The notes under the pieces were generated by a model that was not told the DNA's origin, did not search any database, and saw only the letters and a program-made list of their open reading frames with translations. This document shows positions 24,331 through 36,186 of a stretch of 64,000 nt of DNA, piece after piece (the stretch's first letter is position 1; each line of letters begins with the position of its first letter). Source of the DNA: Octopus vulgaris (Eukaryota); assembly GCA_951406725.2 (NCBI GenBank), contig OX597829.1, forward strand, positions 37,448,001-37,512,000. The letters run 5' to 3'. Made by a program: the position numbers and the translations under genes.

Positions 24331-25022
24331 TTCTTTTCTACTCTAGGCACAAGGCCCGAAATTTTTTGGGGAAGGGGCCAGTCAATTAGATTGATCCCAG
24401 TATACAACTGGTACTTAATTTATCAATCCCGAAAGGATGTAAAGCCAAGTCGACCTTGGCAGAATTTAAACTCAGAATGTAAAGACAACATGAAATACTG
24501 GTAAGCATTTTGCTCAGTGTGCTAGCATTTCTGCCAGCTCGCCACCTTAGATATAAATATTCTTTTCTACTCTAGGCACAAGGCCCGAAATTTTTGGGGA
24601 AGGGGCCAGTCAATTAGATTGATCCCAGTATACAACTGGTACTTAATTTATCAATCCCGAAAGGATGTAAAGCCAAGTCGACCTTGGCAGAATTTAAACT
24701 CAGAACATAGACAGATAAAACACCTATTTATTTACTACCCACAAGGGGCTAAACATAGAGGGGACAAACAAGGACAGACAAATGGATTAAGTCGATTACA
24801 TCGACCCCAGTGCGTGACTGGTACTTAATTTATCGTCCCCGAAAGGATGGAAGGCAAAGTCGACCTCGGCAGAATTTGAACTCACTACATAATAGCAGAT
24901 GAAATACCGCTAAGCATTTCACCCAGCATGCTAACAACTCTGCCAGCTTGCCACCATAGACAGATAAAATACCGTTAAGCATTTCACCCAGCATGCTAAC
25001 ATTTCTGCCAACCCACCACCTT
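24331..25022 (-). mobile_element. Cluster of three GGCGGCGAGCTG-family SINEs (tandem duplicate plus nested copy)
   Basis: 24331-24477 is nearly identical to 24559-24705; a tail-B copy at 24725-24954 is flanked by the TSD CATAGACAGATAAAA(C/T)ACC. Confidence 0.85.
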
Positions 25023-25462
25023 GCAGCAACAACAACAACATTGACATCAAAAACAACAGCACCTACAACAGCAGCAGCAGCAGTGGAATACCCAAATCAA
25101 TAATCTCAACAAAGACAACAAAAACAATATCAACAATGGCAATAGCAGAACAAGACCAAAAACAGAATTTCCAGGAACAGCAATAAGAACATAAACGAAA
25201 ATTCCAAGCCTTCTCTAATTCACATTGCAAGTTCCTTCTTCCTACCTACACAACAGGCCTTATGCATGACCATCTACAGTGCCATTGATTACCTTTCTAG
25301 ATACACATCTCTTCTTCTACATCTTGGAGAGACATTGAGTCTCCAGTCATAAAGAATTGGCCCCACTAGGAAGTTGAGCATTCTACAAAAAACAAACAAA
25401 CCTAAAAGTCTATGGGAAGTGACCCATTTGCTTTAATAGCTGAAAGAAAATATGGACTTGGC

Positions 25463-25639
25463 AAGACAGAGTACAGGCAACCTATTTAAGACAGAGTACA
25501 GGCAACCTATTTAAGACAGAGTACAGGCAACCAATTTAAGACAGAGTACAGGTAACCTACTTAAGACACAGTACAGGCAACCTATTTAAGACAAAGTACA
25601 GGCAACCTATTTAAGACAGAGTACAGGCAACCTATTTAA
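25463..25639. repeat. 25-bp minisatellite, 7 copies
   Basis: AAGACAGAGTACAGGCAACCTATTT head to tail, no spacers. Confidence 0.95.
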
Positions 25640-25848
25640 CCCTTTCATTACTATATTTATTTTGAGATGCACTTTAAATATAAAAATATTATTTTGAGAT
25701 GCACTTTAAATATAACTTTAAATATAACAAAGAATTTAGCAAAATTGTGACTAAGGTTTGGTGGAAGATTTTAATTCAAAACTTATTAAAACAAACCGTT
25801 TGTACTACAGAGCCAGAAGCAGTTTCAGCCAGGTTGGTAATGAAAGTG
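25640..25848. mobile_element. piggyBac-type MITE (family B)
   Basis: TTAA|CCCTTTCATTAC...GTAATGAAAGTG|TTAA; inverted relative of 47921-48140. Confidence 0.8.
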
Positions 25849-26348
25849 TTAAGAGAACAGTAACTCCAAAATAAAAAATAATACAATTACTACTTTAGCA
25901 TTTAGATTGGCAATATCTGACCCAAATATTCTGCCTGTTTTAAACTCAAACTGGTGAGATCCAGCCTTTCACACCGACCTTAGAATGTCATTTTAAAAAT
26001 AAACAACCACATCACTGAAATCTTATTGCTACAAGATAGTGCATGATTTATTCAAAACAATGTGAATTAATTAACATTACATTTGACAGAATTGTCCGAA
26101 TGCTAAAGAGCCAATCTTGCTGTAGACAGTAATTCTAGTGCCTGTGGAATAATAAAATCCAGTTTCCAAGTTATAGGATCGTTATCAAGAGGAAGGACAT
26201 CTAACTATAAAGATTTTGGAAAAGAAAAAAAAAAACAGCAAGACAATGACAGGATTCTCAAATCAACGATAACATGGACAAACAGATGTACAAAAATAAC
26301 ACTGACGCTGATGACAACACTTTGGAGAAATAAAGTTGAAGAACTCAC

Positions 26349-26423
26349 TTCAGTGACACTATGAATCTTTAGTTTAATAGCTTCAATTAAGTCTTGATGT
26401 TTTCTTTCAGTGTCAAGTAAATC
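26349..26423 (-). CDS. CFAP73: CFAP73/CCDC42-family exon 6
   Basis: tttcag|...|gtgagt, phase 0/0. Encodes DLLDTERKHQDLIEAIKLKIHSVTE. Confidence 0.85.
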
Positions 26424-26464
26424 CTGAAAAAAAACCCACAAAAAAACAATATCACCATATCATT

Positions 26465-26544
26465 GACATATGTTTCGATTGATGCATTAAAATTAATCCA
26501 AGAGGAAGAATAATGTGGAATAATGTATCAATCTCATCAGGGAG
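26465..26544 (-). ncRNA. Hammerhead motif with intact core, truncated at the cleavage site
   Basis: CTCC-CTGATGA-GATTGATACATTA..TAATGCATCAATC-GAAA-CATATG-TC: stem II pairs at 12 of 13 positions, stem III is palindromic, triplet GUC. The 3' strand of stem I is absent. Confidence 0.65.
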
Positions 26545-26695
26545 AATATTATAAACAACAGTGGTCATTAATAAGCCATTTTTACAGATGTAAGAAAATA
26601 TTATATATATGTGCGTGTGTGTATATATATATATATATAACACAATAATTTCCCTTTATATAACAGTATTTTTTCATAGCGTTTTTCAGATGGCC

Positions 26696-26758
26696 AGATA
26701 ACCGAAGAGATGGTGTTGTGGATTTCCACTTCGGCATCTGAAACTCAGAGTTTTATCT
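26696..26758 (+). ncRNA. Minimal hammerhead motif (U4C core)
   Basis: AGATAA-CCGAAGA-GATG..GTGGA/TCCAC..CATCT-GAAA-CTCAGAG-TT-TTATCT; 6-bp stem I. Confidence 0.55.
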
Positions 26759-26858
26759 TGACTATTGAGTAAATGTAACATATTATTTTATAGATAAATT
26801 TCCTCTATTTACATAATATTGAGGTCTCTTTCTTTCTTTTGTTATCTTACCGCTTTTG

Positions 26859-26861
<3 letters not shown>

Positions 26862-26919
<58 letters not shown>

Positions 26920-27047
26920 ATGTATATATATATGTATATACATATATATATATATATATACACACACATATAATATATATATATATATATACACATGTAT
27001 ATATCTATCTATATATATCTATCTATATATATACATACATATATATC

Positions 27048-27078
<31 letters not shown>

Positions 27079-27288
27079 GTTGAATTCTTGAGACATCTCT
27101 TTTCAATATATTGTTTATGATATTTGCATAGGTGATATTCTAAACAGCAGTAGTAGTAAAGTAAGGAAGGAGGTGGCGGAGAGGAAGAGGAGGAGGAGGA
27201 GGAGGAGGAGAAGGAGAAGAAGAAGAAGAAGAAGAAGAAGGGGAAAGAGAAGGGAGAATATTAAAGGATGCAGGTGGTATGATAGTAG

Positions 27289-27330
<42 letters not shown>
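26862..27330. repeat. (TA)n/(TG)n and (GAG)n(GAA)n microsatellite cluster
   Basis: Read directly; source of the IYIY and poly-R ORFs. Confidence 0.95.
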
Positions 27331-27331
<1 letters not shown>

Positions 27332-28766
27332 GAAAAGCCCATCATTACCAGGCAATTTTTACAATATAATATCTTATATAAATTTTTATTTAACGTCAGA
27401 ACCTGTCTTCCCCGACTGATAGGCCTCTTGATCAGGACAGATTTGTGCAGTTTTCTGCCAAAAAACTTTGTTGAGGATTTTGTTCCTTTTAAAATTATTT
27501 ACATATCTGTTCACCCGTTTCACATAACTTTATTCATTAAAACTTGAGAAGTTCTTACAACTTTGGTTGTTGTAATGCTTTGCTTTCATTTGTTTAATAA
27601 AAATTCCTTCTCCTAATGATTTTGCTTTCATTTTGTGATAGACAGCTATCATGCAGAAAATGCCAGCTATCATGTAGAAAATGCCAGCTTCCAAATCCTG
27701 TTTTCTGATAAGGTAAAATTCAATTAAAATTTAAACCTCAGTAACATTTTTCTGCAAGTTTTCTGGAACAAATAAATAACAAAATCAGATTTAATGTGGA
27801 AATTTATTTCGATATACTAAATTTGGATACTCATTTACAAATGTACAGACAGGTAATCACAAATTTAAAATGTATAGTAGACATGTATGTATGCGTGTAC
27901 ATATGTATGCATGTATATATGTATATCTATGTATGTGTGCGTGTGTATGTGTGTGTGTCTGTGTGTGAGTGTTTCTTTGAGATGGACAGCAGAAAAGCCA
28001 CTGATTCCTCTTTCTTTAAAGCTATGTATTCCTCCCATCCACCTGTGTGTGTGTACACAGCATCGCATGTAAAGACAGCTATATTAATGTTACTATCCCA
28101 TTGTCACCGATGTTCTCGCCTTCACTGATATAAGTCATTCTCACTCTCTTACTATCTTTCCCTCACATTAATACTTTTTTGCAACCTTCTCATTTTATCA
28201 TATAATTCACCCAATGTCCCTGGGAGGTACATTACTGATCTTTATTGAAATCCAAATTAGCCTATTATTGAACTGGATGTTGGTGTAACATGTATGCAAA
28301 GTTTCGTGAATATTGGTTTGCTGGTTTAGGCACTAAGATGGTAACAGATAGACTGACAAAAATTCCCATTTATCTGTATATATATATAAGGCATTCATTT
28401 GGCTCGTTCCCAGTGACCATCTTTATGGCAGTGTGTGGTTCATTATTTCTTCACTCCTGTGTACCTCTGGAGATAACTGGTGAAGTTAGAGCAGGATAAG
28501 AATCCACTGTGAGCTGCCAACTTGCAGTGTTTCTCAGCGTAAGCAAGAAGGAAGAGAGTTAATCCATTAATATACCTGCTTAAATAGTAGTTGCCAACAA
28601 GAGTCTTGCTGTGGTTTTGCACATGGCAAATGGTTGTAGACAAAATCTCACTCTTGTCTCGGACATGGTAATGGCTGCCGGCAAGATCTCGTACAAAATC
28701 ACACAGGCTTCTTTTGTCATGCTACACAGCCAAACAACAACAGCATCAACAACTCTGCTATAAACC

Positions 28767-28978
28767 TATTTCTTTACTACCCACAAGGGACTAAACATAG
28801 AGGGGACAAACAAGGACAGACAAACGGATTAAGTCGATTATATCGACCCCAGTGCGTAACTGGTGCTTAATTTATCGACCCTGAAAGAATGAAAGACAAA
28901 GTCGACCTCGGTGGAATTTGAACTCAGAACAAAAGCATTTCGCCCAGTGCGCTAACGTTTCTGCCAGCTCGCCACCTT
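28767..28978 (-). mobile_element. GGCGGCGAGCTG-family SINE (tail B)
   Basis: Family sequence; TSD CTATAAACC at 28758-28766 and 28986-28994. Confidence 0.85.
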
Positions 28979-29062
28979 TTTCGCCCTATAAACCTGCAAT
29001 AAATAGTTTTCTTTCTTCAAAATGTCTTATAGTAAAATTCAATAAAGAGAACTATATCTTAC

Positions 29063-29234
29063 AGTATATGTTGAAATTAAGGTATCGTATCTTGCAATAA
29101 TATCTCTGATCTCATGGAATTCATCACAAGAATTTAAGACTTTTTGCATGAATAAGCAAAATTTGTGATAGACTTTCTGCTTCTTTTTCAGTTGGTTATT
29201 TACAATGAGCAGATTTCGTAAATCATCTTGAAAT
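29063..29234 (-). CDS. CFAP73: CFAP73/CCDC42-family exon 5
   Basis: tttttaag|...|gtaaga, phase 2/0. Encodes FQDDLRNLL..FMQKVLNSCDEFHEIRDIIARYDTLISTYT, cf. family EF.EIREIIAR.DTL. Confidence 0.92.
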
Positions 29235-29496
29235 CTTAAAAAGAGAAATGGAAATAAATAAAACAAGTAATATAAATATAACAAAAAAATACAACAATGA
29301 AAAGGCAAAATGGTTTTGAAAATGGTGGCAGTGTGGATGGTGGTGGTGGTGGGGTGTCTAACACATCAAGTCAGTCATAAGCCTACAGGGTCATTAGACA
29401 AGATCTTAGCAAGTTTCCATTATGTATAACAGAACAAGAGTACAGTATTCCTGTTTGAACAGAGCAACAGCCTGTTGCTGTTACTGTTAATCATTT

Positions 29497-31667
29497 CACT
29501 GGTCTGCATTTGGGAATATTTTATTTTTATTTTTATTCATGGATATGATCTCACATATTCCTGAGTTGCTGATTTCAGATATCTAAACCATTTTGCTCTA
29601 TCACATAAGGTTTTTACTATAAAATATAAATTAATGATTATAAAAATTTTGAATTTTTAACAAATTATTACTTTATTAAATGAAGCAAGTATATTCTGTT
29701 AGTTTCAAGAACATGTGTATTCCAAATGAACATGAAATGATTCATGTTCATTTTGAAATGAATCATGAGTCAATATCAAATCAAATGAATGTAAAAAAAT
29801 TGTGTTCCAAATGGCTAGCCTACATATTGATTCAAAGGAAGGAGGACTGCCTTGAATTCCACTTGTGCTGTGCATCCAAAACATTATGTTTCAATGTCCA
29901 GCAGTAATCTGCCATCATGCTGACATTCCATTTGCCCTGGTATTGAGTTTCCATGGTGCAAATATACTGATTGAATCTTTCTCCTTGAAACTCACTGTAG
30001 TCCTTACAATTCTTGGGAAAATAATCAAGATGTGAGTGCAAAAAGTGCATCTTGACACTCATTCTTTACCCTAGTTTTTGGAAACTTGATATCAGGTCTT
30101 GGACCATTTTTTTTTTCATATTCTGGTGAGTGGTTGTTTCCCAAGAAGTTTTGGACAAGCTGCTTGAAGGAAAATCAGGCATTCACCTTGACACCTGCCA
30201 ATGCTTCCTCCAAATACTTGCCTTCACTTATATGAAGAAACTTTGACTCCAGGTACTTGAAAGCAGCGCCATTCTTGTTCATGGCCTTCACAAAATTTTT
30301 CATAAACCCTAATTTGATGTGGAAGGTTGCAGCAGAATTTTCTTGGGGTCACCTAGTGGCACAGCTTTCATGTAATTTCCAGGTAAGAAGCTGGCTCTTG
30401 GTGGCTAGTCATTTTGTTCATAGTGTTGGCTATCTGCCCTACTATTCCAAAGACAAAGGAAACAGGGACATTTGGTGTATCCCCTTGAAGACCTTCTAGG
30501 ATATCAATAACTTTTAAATTACTACAAATGAGAAAACTGATTATGGTACTTGATGGCAGTTATTAGTGTCTTCCTATTTTCATGTTTCTAACATTTGGAC
30601 ACTATGGCCAATTGGTATAGATGCAGCTGTGTTGCCATTGTAGAGAAGAACAGCTTTTAAACTTCTGTTAGAAAAATCAACGAAGCACCTCCATTCATCT
30701 GCTTTGTATAACATCTCCATGTGTTCAATAAGGCCAGAAATATTTGAACAGAAAACTAAAGAATCCCGTTTCTCAAAGAACTGAGTGAATTTTGCTTCAT
30801 GATGACAGTACCAAGTGAATGTTGTTCCAGGAGCTAGAAGCCTGTGTTCTTTCAGTCGACAGTCAAGTAACTGTGCACTTTCTTTTGGAGTGTAAAGGTC
30901 TCTCACCAAATCACTGAGCTCAACTTGGTTGAAAAGTTTGGGTTTCATCATTTGTTGGTAGTTCATAGTCTACTTCCATCTCAATAGTATCACTAGTATC
31001 AGAATCTGATGAAATTTCCCATGTCTCACAGGTGGCACAGGTAGAGGAATATCATGAGTGTGGAACAGGCCTTATTGCTGAAGGAATATTTGAGCATATT
31101 ATGTGATCATTTAGTCTTCTTGTTGAATCCAGCTACTTTAGTCATACAGAAATAGCAGTCGTCATGATGGTTCATTTTGTCCCATTGGTACTCCAAAGGG
31201 CCTACATTTCAGTTTTCCATCTGACCACATATGGAGCTTACTAATGCAACTCTTGCAAGGTTTGCGAGGTGCAAATGGCTTGTCCTGGTCTCCCAGTTTT
31301 CAGCCAAAATAAGCTAAATAGCAACACTTCAACAAAGGAGTAAAATCACTCCAGGAATCTGAAGGGGTGAGTTGCCCACAGACTTAGCAAAATATGTCCA
31401 GTAAACTTATGCAGACTCTAGACACATTCACAATCTGAAAATAAAGAAATATATACTAGATTTAATATTTAAGTCAAAATAAGGTAAACGTTTTCATTGA
31501 TAATAAACTTTACAGAGAGAGAGAGAGAAAAGTAATGTTTCTGTGTAACTTGAGAATCTGATGTGATAGAGATGAATAAAAAAAAAACCCACCATAAATC
31601 ACTATTTTTCATATATATTTCAAAAAAGATACCATACAGTCAATAAAAAAAATCATGCAGACCAGTG
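29497..31667 (-). mobile_element. Chapaev3-like (CMC) DNA transposon, full-length but decayed
   Basis: 13-bp TIRs CACTGGTCTGCAT and 3-bp TSD TTT. Transposase motifs GDQDKPFAP, NHHDDCYFC, ELSDLVRDL, SLKAVLL, IPIGHS, HFLHSHLDYFP, QGERF and MMADYCW. Confidence 0.8.
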
Positions 31668-32012
31668 TTTTCGGATGAGCAGAAAGGATGTATTGGTTAA
31701 GAAATTTGCTTGTTAACCAAGTGGTTACAGATTCAGTCACACTGCATGGCATTTTGGACAAAACCAAAGCGTTATGAGTGGAGCTGGTAGATGGAAACTG
31801 AAAGAAGCCTGTTATGTATGTATATGCATGTATATATATATATATATATATGCATACTTAAGCTAGTAACCTGCCTCACTCTTGATTCCGAACTCCTTTA
31901 GGGCTGATTAGAAATTGGCTGCCGGTTCTTCGCGGCGCGCCCGCCCTACCCACCCCCACCACCAATACCGGATATCTCTATTTTGCTCCAACTATACCGG
32001 ATGTCGTTTCTC

Positions 32013-32644
32013 CCACCATTATAGGTGTCTACTCTTTGAACCCCTCTCTTCAATACGCTATTTCACCATGCATTACCCCTCTCTCGATATCCTACGTTCT
32101 ACTTGCCTAGAACCTGTCCTCTGAACCACCCCTCCCACTGGTGCTCCCCCATATTTCTGCACCCCCCACCACCATTATAGGTGTCTACTCTTTGAACCCC
32201 CCTCTTCAATACGCTATTTCACCATGCATTACCCCTCTCTCGATATCCTACGTTCTACTTGCCTAGAACCTGTCCTCTGAACCACCCCTCCCGCTGGTGC
32301 TCCCCTATATTTCTGCACCCCCACCACCACCATTATAGGTGTCTACTCTTTGAACCCCCTCTTCAATACGCTATTTCACCATTTCACCATGCATTACCCC
32401 TCTCTCGATATCCTACGTTCTACTTGCCTAGAACCTGTCCTCTGAACCACCCCTCCCACTGGTGCTCCCCTATATTTCTGCACCCCCCACCACCATTATA
32501 GGTGTCTACTCTTTGAACCCCCTCTTCAATACGCTATTTCACCATGCATTACCCCTCTCTCGATATCCTACGTTCTACTTGCCTATTACCTGTCCTCTGA
32601 ACCACCCCTCCCACTGGTGCTCCCCTATATTTCTGCACCCCCCC
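32013..32644. repeat. About 157-bp tandem repeat, 4 copies
   Basis: ATAGGTGTCTACTC starts at 32021, 32177, 32335 and 32498; copies are nearly identical. Confidence 0.95.
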
Positions 32645-32897
32645 ATAAAAAAGCACCATCCGAACGTGGCCGATGCCAGACCCCTCTGGCACCTGTGCAG
32701 GTGGCACGTAAAAAACACCCACTACACTCGCGGAGTGGTTGGCGTTAGGAAGGGCATCCAGCTGTAGAAACACTGCCAGACTAGACTGGAGCCTGGGGCA
32801 GTCCCGAGCTCTCCAGACCCCGGTCGAAACCGTCCAACCCGTGCTAGCGCGGAAAACGGACGTTAAACGATGATGATGATGATGATGATGATGATGA
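32645..32897 (+). mobile_element. (GAT)n-tailed RTE-like 3' UTR copy fused to the 157-bp array
   Basis: Family core with CpGs intact and a long (GAT)n tail. Confidence 0.85.
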
Positions 32898-33119
32898 TAT
32901 ACAAAATTAGAAAATGGAGAAACATACCTAAATCAATCATCAACCATCAGATAATACCCAATCAATACTTTATTAAACCATTACACAACAGTAATGACAT
33001 TATACATAATATATTACAAATATAACTAGACATAGAAATAGAAATAGAAATAGAATATATATATATATATATATAATTATATGTATGTGTGCATGTATGT
33101 ATATATACATATATACACA

Positions 33120-33356
33120 TAGGGTTGGACAAAAGTCACCCGACTGTAAATCAAAATTCCATAAATACTTAATATTCAATTTTATTTATTCATTCCAATA
33201 ATGAATGTTTAATAATTGAATGCCGTGAGTTAAAATCACCATTTTTTTTCAACATTTGTCTGTTTATTAGCAAAGTCTGATATAAAATAATTTTTTGTTT
33301 TAATCTTGAAATTAAATGGGTTTTGATTTATTTTCAGGTGACTTTGGCCAACCCTG
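33120..33356. mobile_element. Tc1/mariner MITE
   Basis: AGGGTTGGACAAAAGTCACC / GGTGACTTTGGCCAACCCTG|TA. Confidence 0.75.
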
Positions 33357-35253
33357 TATATTAAAGGATAAAATTAATGTCTGGTCATTGAGTGACCAAT
33401 AGTTTTGCATCCACAAAGGCTGTAACTTTGTGGATGATTCGTCAGGTTTTAGTTCAAAGACAAATCTAATTTTTCACCTCTGGGAAGTGGAAGGTTGTTA
33501 TGGTCATTGGTCAATTGGTCATCAGCAAATAAAAAGTCCAGTGTTAGAAAGGATGGTAGCTTTAATACAGAATTACAGAATGTGTGTACATATGTGTGTT
33601 AAGGCTGCAACTTGGTTTCATGTTAAGGAAAATCTCAACAATTATTCAAGCCAATGACAAAAAAATTATTGACTCCATTTTGGATTAAAACAAACTGGAG
33701 ACACACACATTTTTATTTAGCTTTTAGCTTTTACTTGTTGCAGTCAGTAGACTGTGGCCATGCTGTGGCACCACCTCAGAGGAACCTAGTAATTATTCTG
33801 TTGATCTCTTTTGTGCTGAAGCACAAAGTTATGGGGACATAAACACACCAACAGCAGTTGCCAAGTGGTGGTGGGAGACAAACAGAGGCACAAAGCATTC
33901 ACACACATAGAATGTTACGCCGCACGCAGGCCTATGATGCCACCATGGGTCCTCAGACAAATAGCCCGCGGTTTGCTGGCCCCGAGAAGCTCGCGTGCGA
34001 CGACGCTCAGTAAATCAGAAACCCACTCTGGACAGGGAAGCAGCGAAACGCAGCCAGTGGAGCCAACAACAACAACAAAAATAACACATGCAAGTGTTGC
34101 GTAGTTAAAGTAAAATTTTTTTTAACAAAACATTCAACAACTTTGGAAAGTTCTTTTTTTTCTTTCCTTAGTTCCTTAAAAAACACATTTAACATTTAAC
34201 AACACAAAGTTCGTTTCTCAAAACATTTAACACAGTCCTTTTTCTTCTTAGAAGGAGGATGTTAAATGATGATGATGATGATGATGATGATATATATATA
34301 TACATACATACATACATACATACATGCATGCATAGATACACACACACATACATACATAAATACATGGTGGCTGCCCCCTCATTATCCAGTATGGCCATTG
34401 CACGAAGCTTAATCAATGCTGTTATCATGCAATGCCTGTGTAAGAAGATTTTTTGTAAAGTGAGGAAAGGCTGTGCACAGAGTCAATCCCACTCAGTAAG
34501 CAACAGCAGCCATAATCCGAAAAGAAGAACAAGTCAACATCATCGGTAACCACTGAACCGCAGGTTTTATGTTGGAGTTATCCCAGTTACCTGAGTCACC
34601 TTCTCCTAGAAGGATGCCCTAACAAAGGCTAGGAGTCCTTCACTTCCAATGGTTTAACCGCGCAATCAGGTATTCAGTCCGCTTATTTCAATGTCCCTGC
34701 ACATGATACAGCCTTAAGACATTTATTGGATGGCTGTTATCTCTCAAGAGTTCCTCTGCCCTTTGACGGGTTTTGTTTTTCATCCCGCAGGGTGTCCAAT
34801 AAACACCCTCCTCACCAAGCAAGCTTGGTGGGGTTGCCGGTTTAGTCGCCGACAAACCCGACCATGCAACAGGTTGTACTGGGTTACATGTTACCAGTAG
34901 CACATGAAAGTGACCTGACATAAACATACATACATACTTACTTACTTACTTATACACACAATGGACTTCTTTCAGTTTCTGTCTACCGAATCCACACTAC
35001 TGAGGACACCATGGAATTCACATGACCACAAGCCCTGTGGTAGATGGTGAATCAGCTTCATGCTAGATGACGGCATTACTATGAAAGAGACAGGGTAGGG
35101 CAGATTCCTGCAGAGGGATCTACATGGCTACTCAATAACATACTCACAGAAACACTCATGCGTGCGCACACACATACAATGGGCCACTTTCAGTTTCTGT
35201 CTGCTAAATTCACCCAAAAGGCCTGCCAGCAGCCCTTGCATTAGTATGCTTAC

Positions 35254-35339
35254 TTTGCTATCTCTCTCATTTTGCTTCTCTTCAGTTCACGTTGGTCATT
35301 GGCTTTTTTCATTGCTCGAATTCTCTTGGAATCATTTTC
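35254..35339 (-). CDS. CFAP73: CFAP73/CCDC42-family exon 4
   Basis: ttacag|...|gtaagc, phase 0/2. Encodes ENDSKRIRAMKKANDQRELKRSKMREIA, cf. family ENDSKR.RA.KKA. Confidence 0.92.
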
Positions 35340-35685
35340 CTGTAATAAATTGGACAGACGAAGAAGATATAAGACAGACGGAAAAAAAAGGAAAGATAAT
35401 GATGGGGAGGGTGACTTGGATGAGCAGGAAGGAAAGCAAGGAGGAGTGGGGGAAGGTGGAGAAAAAGAAATATCTTTAACCCTTTAGCATTTAAACTGGC
35501 CATATCCGGCCAAAAGCATTCTCCCTGTTTTATGGTCAAAGTGGCCAGATCTGGCCTCTCACACCAACCGTACAATATCGTTTTAAAAATTAACAACTAC
35601 CTCATCAAAATCTCATAGCGACAAGATAATGCATGATTAATTCAAAACAAATCAAATCAAATCAAAATCGATGAACATCAATGGA

Positions 35686-36186
35686 ACACCATCCGAGTGT
35701 GGCCGTTCGCCAGCCTTGTCTGGTACCTGTGTTGGTGGCACATAAAAAAACACCATCCGAGTGTGGCCGTTCGCCAGCCTCGTCTGGCACCTATGTCGGT
35801 GGCACCTGTGTTGGTGGCACATAAAAAACACCATCCGAGCGTGGCCATTCGCCAGCCTCATCTGGCACCTGTGTCGGTGGCACATAAAAAACACCATCCG
35901 AGCGTGGCCGTTCACTAGCCTCGTCTAGCACCTGTGTCGATGGCACATAATAAACACCATCCGAGCGTGGCCGTTCGCTAGCCTCGTCTAGCACCTGTGT
36001 CGGTGGCACATAAAAAGCACCCACTACACTCACGGAGTGGTTGGCGTTAGGAAGGGCATCCAGCTGTAGAAACACTGCCAGATCTGACTGGCCTGGTGCA
36101 GCCTTCGGGCTCCCCAGACCCTAGTTGAACCGTCCAACCCATGCTAGCATGGAAAACAGACGTTAAACGATGATGATGATGATGAT
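35686..36186 (+). mobile_element. RTE-like 3' UTR copy with about 59-bp VNTR (about 5 units)
   Basis: ACACCATCCGAGYGTGGCCGTTCGCCAGCC..GGCACATAAAAA repeated, followed by the family core and (GAT)n. Confidence 0.85.

Noticed and set aside
25463-25639. CRISPR-like repeat array
   Set aside because: Units are contiguous with no unique spacers, the context is eukaryotic, and there are no cas genes.
26783-27547. IYIY, poly-R and poly-S ORFs (also 22040-22336 and 41674-42699)
   Set aside because: They are translations of microsatellites.
33925-33958. CTGAGGA plus hairpin on - strand
   Set aside because: The hairpin is followed by CCTG rather than GAAA.
34560-34900. HDV-like ribozyme in a possible RTE 5' UTR on - strand
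   Set aside because: The region resembles a LINE 5' UTR, but I could not assemble the nested double pseudoknot by eye. A descriptor search would be needed.
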